Of a stretch of 22,069 nt of DNA, positions 8,341 to 19,751 are shown piece after piece. How positions within the stretch are numbered: the first letter of the stretch is position 1; each line of letters opens with the position of its first letter. A program made the translations under genes and the position numbers. The DNA lies in NCBI GenBank assembly GCA_002189035.1, contig NEEC01000399.1, positions 1-22,069 on the forward strand, written 5' to 3'. The notes under the pieces were generated by a model. That model searched no databases. It saw only the letters and a list, made by a program, of their open reading frames with translations, and was not told the DNA's origin. This DNA comes from Utricularia gibba (lineage: Eukaryota > Plantae > Magnoliophyta).

Positions 8341-11150
8341 AAGCTTGTCGTTTCTGGGCGGGTGATGTCTTTTGGAACTTCGTTCTGACCATAGGTTCGG
8401 TCTGACTCCTTTGCCACATCGGGTCCTACTCGACGAAAATCGTGATGCAGTTATTGAAGTTAGGATATCATGAGCACCCAAAAGGGTTTTCTCAACCGCA
8501 TGCTTTATATTTGATAAGGCACTCTCGTGGGGCAACGGTATCGAGCAGGAGGTCGAGTCGAGCTCGGTCCCAGAGTCATTTGTAGCCCGGCAAAAAAATT
8601 GATGCATTTATTAACGTTCGGCTTTATTAGGCTGCCTACATAGTTTCTCAAGGAAAAGCTTGTCGTTTCTGGCGGGTGATGTCGTTGGGAACTTCGTTCT
8701 GACCCAAGGTTCGTCTGACTCCTTTGCCACATCGGGTCCTACTCGACGAAAATCGTGATGCAGTTATTGAAGTTAGGATTTCATGAGCACCCCAAAATGC
8801 TTTTTTCAATCGCATGCTTTGTAGTTTAGGAGGCGCTCTCGTGGGGCACGGTATCGGGCAGGTCGAGTCGAGCTCGTCCCAGAGTCATTTGTAGCCCGAC
8901 AAAAAATTGATGCATTTATTAACGTTGCTATTAGGCTGCCTACATAGTTTCTCAAGGAAAAGCTTGTCGTTTCTGGGCGGGTGATGTCTTTTGGAACTTC
9001 GTTCTGACCATAGTTCGGTCTGACTCCTTTGCCACATCGGGTCCTACTCGACGAAAATCGTGATGCAGTTATTGAAGTTAGGATTCATGAGCACCCAAAA
9101 TGGTTTTCTCAACCGCATGCTTTATATTTGATAAGGCACTCTCGTGGGGCAACGGTATCGAGCAGGAGGTCGAGTCGAGCTCGGGCCCAGAGTCATTTGT
9201 AGCCCGCAAAAAAATTGATGCATTTATTAACGTTCGGCTTTATTAGGCTGCCTACATAGTTTCTCAAGGAAAAGCTTGTCGTTTCTGGGCGGGTGATGTC
9301 TTTTGGAACTTCGTTCTGACCATAGGTTCGGTCTGACTCCTTTGCCACATCGGGTCCTACTCGACGAAAATCGTGATGCAGTTATTGAAGTTAGGATATC
9401 ATGAGCACCCAAAATGGTTTTCTCAACCGCATGCTTTTATATTTGATAAGGTGCTCTCGTGGGGCAACGGTATCGAGTAGGAGGTCGAGTCGAGCTCGGG
9501 CCCATAGTCATTTGTAGCTCGGCAAAAAACTTGATGCATTTATTAACGTTGGTTTTAATTGGGCCTACATGTTTTCTCAAGGAAAAGCTTGTCGTTTTTG
9601 GGCGGGTGATGTCTTTTGGAACTTCGTTCTGACCATAGGTTCGGTCTGACTCCTTTGCACATCGGGTCCTACTCGACGAAAATCGTGATGCAGTTATTGA
9701 AGTTAGGATATCATGAGCACCCAAAATGGTTTTCTCAACCGCATGCTTTATATTTGATAAGGCACTCTCGTGGGGCAACGGTATCGAGCAGGAGGTCGAG
9801 TCGAGCTCGGGCCCAGAGTCATTTGTAGCCCGGCAAAAAAATTGATGCATTTATTAACGTTCGGCTTTATTAGGCTGCCTACATAGTTTCTCAAGGAAAA
9901 GCTTGTCGTTTCTGGGCGGGTGATGTCTTTTGGAACTTCGTTCTGACCATAGGTTCGGTCTGACTCCTTTGCCACATCGGGTCCTACTCAACGAAAATCG
10001 TGATGCAGTTATTGAAGTTAGGATATCATGAGCACCCAAAAGGGTTTTCTCAACCGCATGCTTTATATTTGATAAGGCACTCTCGTGGGGCAACGGTATC
10101 GAGCAGGAGGTCGAGTCGAGCTCGGTCCCAGAGTCATTTGTAGCCCGGCAAAAAAATTGATGCATTTATTAACGTTCGGCTTTATTAGGCTGCCTACATA
10201 GTTTCTCAAGGAAAAGCTTGTCGTTTCTGGGCGGGTGATGTCTTTTGGAACTTCGTTCTGACCATAGGTTCGGTCTGACTCCTTTGCCACATCGGGTCCT
10301 ACTCGACGAAAATCGTGATGCAGTTATTGAAGTTAGGATATCATGAGCACCCAAAATGGTTTTCTCAACCGCATGCTTTATATTTGATAAGGCTCTCGTG
10401 GGGCAACGGTATCGAGTAGGAGGTCGAGTCGAGCTCGGGCCCATAGTCATTTGTAGCCGGCAAAAAAATTGATGCATTTATTAACGTTCGGTTTATTGGC
10501 TGCCTACATAGTTTCTCAAGGAAAAGCTTGTCGTTTCTGGCGGGTGATGTCTTTTGGAACTTCGTTCTGACCATAGGTTCGGTCTGACTCCTTTGCCACA
10601 TCGGGTCCTACTCGACGAAAATCGTGATGCAGTTATTGAAGTTAGGATATCATGAGCACCCAAAATGGTTTTCTCAACCGCATGCTTTATATTTGATAAG
10701 GCACTCTCGTGGGGCAACGGTATCGAGCAGGAGGTCGAGTCGAGCTCGGGCCCAGAGTCATTTGTAGCCGGCAAAAAAATTGATGCATTTATTAACGTTC
10801 GGCTTTATTAGGCTGCCTACATAGTTTTCTCAAGGAAAGCTTGTCGTTTCTGGGCGGGTGATGTCTTTTGGAACTTCGTTCTGACCATAGGTTCGGTCTG
10901 ACTCCTTTGCCACATCGGGTCCTACTCGACGAAAATCGTGATGCAGTTATTGAAGTTAGGATATCATGAGCACCCAAAATGGTTTTCTCAACCGCATGCT
11001 TTATATTTGATAAGGCACTCTCGTGGGGCAACGGTATCGAGCAGGAGGTCGAGTCGAGCTCGGGCCCAGAGTCATTTGTAGCCCGGCAAAAAATTGATGC
11101 ATTTATTAACGTTCGGCTTTATTAGGCTGCCTACATAGTTTCTCAAGGAA

Positions 11151-14100
11151 AAGCTTGTCGTTTCTGGCGGGTGATGTCGTTGGGAACTTCGTTCGACCAA
11201 GGTTCTGTCTGACTCCTTTGCCACATCGGGTCCTACTCGACGAAAATCGTGATGCAGTTATTGAAGTTAGGATTTCATGAGCACCCAAAATGGTTTTTTC
11301 AACGCATGCTTTGTAGTTTAGGAGGCGCTCTAGTGGGGCAACGGTATCGCAAAAGGTCGAGTCGAGCTCGCCCAGAGTCATTTGTAGCCCGACAAAAAAA
11401 TGATTTTATTAACGTTCGGCGCTATTAGGCTGCCTACATAGTTTTCAAGGAAAAGCTTGTCGTTTCTGGGCGGGTGATGTCGTTGGGAACTTCGTTCGAC
11501 CCAAGGTTCGACTGACTCCTTTGCCACATCGGGTCCTACTCGACGAAAATCGTGATGCAGTTATTGAAGTTAGGATTCATGAGCACCCAAAATGGTTTTC
11601 TCAACCGCATGCTTTATATTTGAGGAGGCGCTCTCGTGGGGCAACGGTATCGAGTAGGAGGTCGAGTCGAGCTTGGGCCCATAGTCATTTGTAGCTCGGC
11701 AAAAAACTTGATGCATTAATTAACGTTGGGTTTTAATAGGCGCCTACATTGTTTTCTCAAGGAAAAGCTTGTCGTTTTTGGGCGGTGATGTCTTGGAACT
11801 TCGTTCTGACCCAAGTTCGGTCTGACTCCTTTGCCACATCGGGTCCTACTCGACGAAAATCGTGATGCACTTATTGAAGTTAGGATGTCAGGAGCACCCA
11901 AAATGGTTTTCTCAACCGCATGCTTTATATTTGATAAGGTGCTCTCGTGGGGCAACGGTATCGAGCAGGAGGTCGAGTCGAGCTCGGGCCCAGAGTCATT
12001 TGTAGCCCGACAAAAATATTGATGCATTTATTAACGTTCGGCTATTAGGCTGCCTACATAGTTTCTCAAGGAAAAGCTTATCGTTTCTGGCGGGTGATGT
12101 CGTTGGGAACTTCGTTCGGACCCAAGGTTCTGACTGACTCCTTTGCCACATCGGGTCCTACTCGACGAAAATCGTGATGCAGTTATTGAAGTTAGGATTC
12201 ATGAGCACCCAAAATGGTTTTCTCAACCGCATGCTTTATATTTGATAAGGTGCTCTCGTGGGGCAACGGTATCGAGTAGGAGGTCGAGTCGAGCTCGGGC
12301 CCATAGTCATTTGTAGCTCGGCAAAAAACTTGATGCATTTATTAACGGTTGGTTTTAATAGGCTGCCTCAATGGTTTTCTCAAGGAAAAGCTTGTCGTTT
12401 TTGGGCGGGTGATGTCGTTGTGAACTTCGTTCTGACCCAAGGTTCGGTCTGTCTCCTTTGCCAAATCTGGTCCTACTCGACGAAAATCGTGATGCAGTTA
12501 TTGAAGTTAGGATTTCATGAGCACCCAAAATGCTTTTCAATCGCATGCTTTGTATTGAGGAGGCGCTCTAGTGGGGCACGGTATCGGCAAAAGGTCGAGT
12601 CGGGCTCGCCCAGAGTCATTTGTAGCCTGGCAAAAAAATTGATGCATTTATTAACGTTCGGCTTTATTAGGCTGCCTACATAGTTTCTCAAGGAAAAGCT
12701 TGTCGTTTCTGGCGGGTGATGTCTTTTGGAACTTCGTTCTGACCATAGGTTCGGTCTGACTCCTTTGCCACATCGGGTCCTACTCGACGAAAATCGTGAT
12801 GCAGTTATTGAAGTTAGGATTCATGAGCACCCAAAAGGTTTTCTCAACCGCATGCTTTATATTTGATAAGGCACTCTCGTGGGCAACGGTATCGAGCAGG
12901 AGGTCGAGTCGAGCTCGGCCCAGAGTCATTTGTAGCCCGGCAAAAAAATTGATGCATTTATTAACGTTCGGCTTTATAGGCTGCCTACATAGTTTCTCAA
13001 GGAAAAGCTTGTCGTTTCTGGGCGGGTGATGTCTTTTGGAACTTCGTTCTGACCAAGGTTCGTTCTGACTCCTTTGCCACATCGGGTCCTACTCGACGAA
13101 AATCGTGATGCAGTTATTGAAGTTAGGATTCATGAGCACCCAAAATGGTTTTCTCAACCGCATGCTTTATATTTGATAAGGCACTCTCGTGGGGCAACGG
13201 TATCGAGCAGGAGGTCGAGTCGAGCTCGGGCCCAGAGTCATTGTAGCCGGCAAAAAAATTGATGCATTTATTAACGTTGGCTTTATTAGGCTGCCTACAT
13301 AGTTTCTCAAGGAAAAGCTTGTCGTTTCTGGCGGGTGATGTCGTTGGGAACTTCGTTCGGACCCAAGGTTCGTCTGACTCCTTTGCCACATCGGGTCCTA
13401 CTCGACGAAAATCGTGATGCAGTTATTGAAGTTAGGATTTCATGAGCACCCAAAATGCTTTTTTCAACGCATGCTTTGTATTAGGAGGCGCTCTAGTGGG
13501 GCACGGTATCGGGCAAAAGGTCGAGTCGAGAGTCATTTGTAGCCGACAAAAAATTGATGCATTTATTAACGTTCGATTAGGCTGCCTACATAGTTTCTCA
13601 AGGAAAAGCTTGTCGTTTCTGGGCGGGTGATGTCGTTGGAACTTCGTTCGGACCCAAGGTTCTGACTGACTCCTTTGCCACATCGGGTCCTACTCGACGA
13701 AAATCGTGATGCAGTTATTGAAGTTAGGATGTCATGAGCACCCAAAATGGTTTTCTCAACCGCATGCTTTATATTTGAGGAGGCGCTCTCGTGGGGCAAC
13801 GGTATCGAGTAGGAGTCGAGTCGAGCTCGGGCCCATAGTCATTTGTAGCTCGGCAAAAAACTTGATGCATTAATTAACGTTGGGTTTTAATAGAACGCCT
13901 ACATTGTTTCTCAAGGAAAAGCTTGTCGTTTTTGGGCGGTGATTTCTTGTGAACTTCGTTCTGACCCAAGTTCGTCTGACTCCTTTGCCACATCGGGTCC
14001 TACTCGACGAAAATCGTGATGCAGTTATTGAAGTTAGGATGTCATGAGCACCCAAAATGGTTTTCTCAACCGCATGCTTTATATTTGATAAGGTGCTCTC

Positions 14101-14842
14101 GTGGGGCAACGGTATCGAGCAGGAGGTCGAGTCGAGCTCGGCCAGAGTCATTTGTAGCCCGACAAAAATTGATGCATTTATTAACGTTCGGCATTAGGCT
14201 GCCTACATAGTTTCTCAAGGAAAAGCTTGTCGTTTCTGGCGGGTGATGTCGTTGGGAACTTCGTTCGGACCCAAGGTTCTGACTGACTCCTTTGCCACAT
14301 CGGGTCCTACTCGACGAAAATCGTGATGCAGTTATTGAAGTTAGGATTCATGAGCACCCAAAATGGTTTTCTCAACCGCATGCTTTATATTTGATAAGGC
14401 GCTCTCGTGGGGCAACGGTATCGAGTAGGAGGTCGAGTCGAGCTCGGGCCCATAGTCATTTGTAGCTCGGCAAAAAACTTGATGCATTTATTAACGGTTG
14501 GTTTTAATAGGCTGCCTCAATGGTTTTCTCAAGGAAAAGCTTGTCGTTTTTGGGCGGGTGATGTCGTTGTGAACTTCGTTCTGACCCAAGGTTCGGTCTG
14601 TCTCCTTTGCCACATCGGTCCTACTCGACGAAAATCGTGATGCAGTTATTGAAGTTAGGATTTCATGAGCACCCAAAATGCTTTTTTCAACGCATGCTTT
14701 ATATTTGATAAGGCACTCTCGTGGGGCAACGGTATCGAGCAGGAGGTCGAGTCGAGCTCGGCCCAGAGTCATTTGTAGCCCAAAAAATTGATGCATTTAT
14801 TAACGTTCGGTTATTAGGCTGCCTACATAGTTTCTCAAGGAA
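11151..14842 (+). repeat. Segmental duplication with 7-monomer spacing (11151 onward matches 13315 onward, ~2,160 bp)
   Basis: Both copies run: K-type, then TGAGGAGG/TTAATTAA type (PacI at 11716 and 13870), then GGTGCTC/GAGCAGG/CCCGAC type, then CGGACCCAAGGTTCTGACTGAC/ACGGTTGG type, then GTTGTGAAC/CTGTCTCC type. Confidence 0.75.
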
Positions 14843-15152
14843 AAGCTTGTCGTTTCTGGCGGGTGATGTCGTTGGGAACTTCGTTCTGACCAAGGTTCGC
14901 TGACTCCTTTGCCACATCGGGTCCTACTCGACGAAAATCGTGATGCAGTTATTGAAGTTAGGATTTCATGAGCACCAAAATGGTTTTCTCAACCGCATGC
15001 TTTATATTTGATAAGGTGCTCTCGTGGGGCAACGGTATCGAGTAGGAGGTCGAGTCGAGCTCGGGCCCATAGTCATTTGTAGCTCGGCAAAAAACTTGAT
15101 GCATTTATTAACGTTGGTTTTAATAGGCTGCCTCAATGGTTTTCTCAAGGAA

Positions 15153-17311
15153 AAGCTTGTCGTTTTTGGGCGGGTGATGTCGTTGTGAACTTCGTTCTGA
15201 CCCAAGGTTCGGTCTGTCTCCTTTGCCAATCTGGTCCTACTCGACGAAAATCGTGATGCAGTTATTGAAGTTAGGATTTCATGAGCACCCAAAATGCTTT
15301 TCAATCGCATGCTTTGTATTGAGGAGGCGCTCTAGTGGGGCACGGTATCGGGCAAAAGGTCGAGTCGGGCTCGCCCAGAGTCATTTTTAGCCTGTCAAAA
15401 AATGATGCATTTATTAACGTTGGGTTTTAATAGGCTGCCTACATGGTTTCTCAAGGAAAAGCTTGTCGTTTCTGGCGGGGTGATGTCTTTTGGAACTTCG
15501 TTCTGACCATAGGTTCGGTCTGACTCCTTTGCCACATCGGGTCCTACTCGACGAAAATCGTGATGCAGTTATTGAAGTTAGGATTTCATGAGCACCCAAA
15601 ATGGTTTTCTCAACCGCATGCTTTATATTTGATAAGGTGCTCTCGTGGGGCAACGGTATCGAGTAGGAGGTCGAGTCGAGCTCGGGCCCATAGTCATTTG
15701 TAGCTCGGCAAAAAACTTGATGCATTTATTAACGGTTGGTTTTAATAGGCTGCCTCAAGTTTTCTCAAGGAAAAGCTTGTCGTTTTGGGCGGGTGATGTC
15801 GTTGTGAACTTCGTTCTGACCCAAGGTTCGGTCTGTCTCCTTTGCCAGGTCCTACTCGACGAAAATCGTGATGCAGTTATTGAAGTTAGGATTCATGAGC
15901 ACCCAAAATGGTTTTCTCAACCGCATGCTTTATATTTGATAAGGGCTCTCGTGGGGCAACGGTATCGAGCAGGAGGTCGAGTCGAGCTCGGCCCAGAGTC
16001 ATTTGTAGCCGGCAAAAAAATTGATGCATTTATTAACGTTCGGCTTTATTAGGCTGCCTACATGTTTTCTCAAGGAAAAGCTTGTCGTTTCTGGGCGGGT
16101 GATGTCTTTGGAACTTCGTTCTGACCATAGGTTCGGTCTGACTCCTTTGCCACATCGGGTCCTACTCGACGAAAATCGTGATGCAGTTATTGAAGTTAGG
16201 ATTCATGAGCACCCAAAATGGTTTTCTCAACCGCATGCTTTATATTTGATAAGGCTCTCGTGGGGCAACGGTATCGAGCAGGAGGTCGAGTCGAGCTCGG
16301 GCCCAGAGTCATTTGTAGCTCGGCAAAAAAATTGATGCATTTATTAACGTTGGTTTTAATAGGCTGCCTCAATGGTTTTCTCAAGGAAAAGCTTGTCGTT
16401 TTTCGGGTGATGTCGTTGGGAATTTCGTTCTGACCCAAGGTTCGGTCTGTCTCCTTTGCCAAATCTGGTCCTACTCGACGAAAATCGTGATGCAGTTATT
16501 GAAGTTAGGATTTCATGAGCACCCAAAATGCTTTTTCAATCGCATGCTTTGTAGTTGAGGAGGCGCTCTAGTGGGGCACGGTATCGGGCAAAGGTCGAGT
16601 CGGGCTCGCTCCAGAGTCATTTTTAGCCTGTCAAAAAAATGATGCATTTATTAACGTTGGGTTTTAATAGGCTGCCTACATGGTTTCTCAAGGAAAAGCT
16701 TGTCGTTTCTGGGCGGGTGATGTCTTTTGGAACTTCGTTCTGACCATAGGTTCGGTCTGACTCCTTTGCCACATCGGGTCCTACTCGACGAAAATCGTGA
16801 TGCAGTTATTGAAGTTAGGATTTCATGAGCACCCAAAATGGTTTTCTCAACCGCATGCTTTATATTTGATAAGGTGCTCTCGTGGGGCAACGGTATCGAG
16901 TAGGAGGTCGAGTCGAGCTCGGGCCCATAGTCATTTGTAGCTCGGCAAAAAACTTGATGCATTTATTAACGTTGGTTTTAATAGGCTGCCTCAATGGTTT
17001 TCTCAAGGAAAAGCTTGTCGTTTTGGGCGGTGATGTCGTTGTGAACTTCGTTCTGACCCAAGGTTCGGTCTGTCTCCTTTGCCAAATCTGGTCCTACTCG
17101 ACGAAAATCGTGATGCAGTTATTGAAGTTAGGATTTCATGAGCACCCAAAATGGTTTTCAACGCATGCTTTATATTGAGGAGGCGCTCTAGTGGGCACGG
17201 TATCGGCAAAAGGTCGAGTCGGGCTCGCCCAGAGTCATTTTTAGCCCAAAAAAATTGATGCATTTATTAACGTTCGGCTTTATTAGGCTGCCTACATAGT
17301 TTCTCAAGGAA
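15153..17311 (+). repeat. Segmental duplication with 4-monomer spacing (~1,236 bp)
   Basis: TTTTTAGCCTGTC K-type monomers start at 15153 and 16389. Near-identical CCATAGG/GGTGCTC/GAGTAGG monomers follow at 15459 and 16696, then GTTGTGAAC/CTGTCTCC first halves at 15773 and 17011. Confidence 0.7.
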
Positions 17312-19751
17312 AAGCTTGTCGTTTTGGGCGGGTGATGTCTTTTGGAACTTCGTTCTGACCAGGTTCGGTCTGACTCCTTTGCCACATCGGGTCCTACTCG
17401 ACGAAAATCGTGATGCAGTTATTGAAGTTAGGATATCATGAGCACCCAAAATGGTTTTCTCAACCGCATGCTTTATATTTGATAAGGCACTCTCGTGGGG
17501 CAACGGTATCGAGCAGGAGGTCGAGTCGAGCTCGGCCCAGAGTCATTTGTAGCCCGGCAAAAAAATTGATGCATTTATTAACGTTCGGCTTTATTAGGCT
17601 GCCTAGTTTCTCAAGGAAAAGCTTGTCGTTTCTGGGCGGGTGATGTCTTTTGGAACTTCGTTCTGACCATAGGTTCGTTTGACTCCTTTGCCACATCGGT
17701 CCTACTCGACGAAAATCGTGATGCAGTTATTGAAGTTAGGATATCATGAGCACCCAAAATGGTTTTCTCAACCGCATGCTTTATATTTGATAAGGCACTC
17801 TCGTGGGCAACGGTATCGAGCAGGAGGTCGAGTCGAGCTCGGGCCCAGAGTCATTTGTAGCCCGGCAAAAAAATTGATGCATTTATTAACGTTCGGCTTT
17901 ATTAGGCTGCCTACATAGTTTCTCAAGGAAAAGCTTGTCGTTTCTGGCGGGTGATGTCTTGGAACTTCGTTCGGACCCAAGGTTCGTCTGACTCCTTTGC
18001 CACATCGGGTCCTACTCGACGAAAATCGTGATGCAGTTATTGAAGTTAGGATTTCATGAGCACCCAAAATGCTTTTTCAACGCATGCTTTATTTAGGAGG
18101 CGCTCTCGTGGGGCACGGTATCGGGCAAAGGTCGAGTCGAGCTCGCTCCCAGAGTCATTTGTAGCCCGGCAAAAAATTGATGCATTTATTAACGTTCATT
18201 AGGCTGCCTACATAGTTTCTCAAGGAAAAGCTTGTCGTTTCTGGGCGGGGTGATGTCGTTGGAACTTCGTTCGGACCCAAGGTTCCTGACTCCTTTGCCA
18301 CATCGGGTCCTACTCGACGAAAATGTGATGCAGTTATTGAAGTTAGGATTCATGAGCACCCAAAATGGTTTTCTCAACCGCATGCTTTATATTTGATAGG
18401 CGCTCTCGTGGGGCAACGGTATCGAGTAGGAGGTCGAGTCGAGCTCGGGCCCATAGTCATTTGTAGCTCGGCAAAAAACTTGATGCATTAATTAACGTTG
18501 GTTTTAATAGGCGCCTACATTGTTTTCTCAAGGAAAAGCTTGTCGTTTTTGGGCGGTGATGTCGTTGTGAACTTCGTTCTGACCCAAGGTTCGTCTGACT
18601 CCTTTGCCACATCGGGTCCTACTCGACGAAAATCGTGATGCAGTTATTGAAGTTAGGATTCATGAGCACCCAAAATGGTTTTCTCAACCGCATGCTTTAT
18701 ATTTGATAAGGTGCTCTCGTGGGGCAACGGTATCGAGCAGGAGGTCGAGTCGAGCTCGGGCCCAGAGTCATTTGTAGCTCGGCAAAAAATTGATGCATTT
18801 ATTAACGTTCGGTTTATTAGGCTGCCTACATGTTTCTCAAGGAAAAGCTTGTCGTTTTGGCGGGTGATGTCGTTGGGAACTTCGTTCTGACCCAAGGTCT
18901 GACTCCTTTGCCACATCGGTCCTACTCGACGAAAATCGTGATGCAGTTATTGAAGTTAGGATTCATGAGCACCCAAAATGGTTTTTCAACCGCATGCTTT
19001 ATATTTGATAAGGCGCTCTCGTGGGGCAACGGTATCGAGCAGGAGGTCGAGTCGAGCTCGGGCCCATAGTCATTTGTAGCTCGGCAAAAAACTTGATGCA
19101 TTTATTAACGTTGGGTTTTAATAGGCGCCTACATGTTTTCTCAAGGAAAAGCTTGTCGTTTTTGGCGGTGATGTCTTGTGAACTTCGTTCTGACCCAAGT
19201 TCGTCTGACTCCTTTGCCACATCGGGTCCTACTCGACGAAAATCGTGATGCAGTTATTGAAGTTAGGATTCATGAGCACCCAAAATGGTTTTCTCAACCG
19301 CATGCTTTATATTTGATAAGGTGCTCTCGTGGGCAACGGTATCGAGCAGGAGGTCGAGTCGAGCTCGGCCCAGAGTCATTTGTAGCCGGCAAAAAATGAT
19401 GCATTTATTAACGTTGGCATTAGGCTGCCTACATGTTTCTCAAGGAAAAGCTTGTCGTTTCTGGGCGGGTGATGTCGTTGGAACTTCGTTCTGACCAAGG
19501 TTCGGTCTGACTCCTTTGCCACATCGGGTCCTACTCGACGAAAATCGTGATGCAGTTATTGAAGTTAGGATCATGAGCACCCAAAATGGTTTTCTCAACC
19601 GCATGCTTTATATTTGATAAGGCGCTCTCGTGGGCAACGGTATCGAAGGAGGTCGAGTCGAGCTCGGCCCATAGTCATTTGTAGCCGGCAAAAAACTTGA
19701 TGCATTTATTAACGTTGGTTTTAATAGGCTGCCTCATGGTTTCTCAAGGAA

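Larger units (their letters stand above)
7399..10213 (+). repeat. Tandem segmental duplication, ~1,560-bp (5-monomer) period: 7399-8655 matches 8960-10213
   Basis: The private variant TTTTAATTGG occurs only at 7993 and 9553. Each copy is followed by a TTTTTGGG/CCATAGG monomer and then an AAAAGGG/GGTCCCAGAG monomer. Confidence 0.8.
7089..11150 (+). repeat. Homogenised sub-domain (GTCTTTTGG / CCATAG / GATATC monomer subfamily)
   Basis: 11 of 13 monomers (24-36) carry GATATC and 12 of 13 carry GACCATAG. Elsewhere GATATC occurs in only 5 monomers (3190, 4734, 5668, 17432, 17740). Confidence 0.85.
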
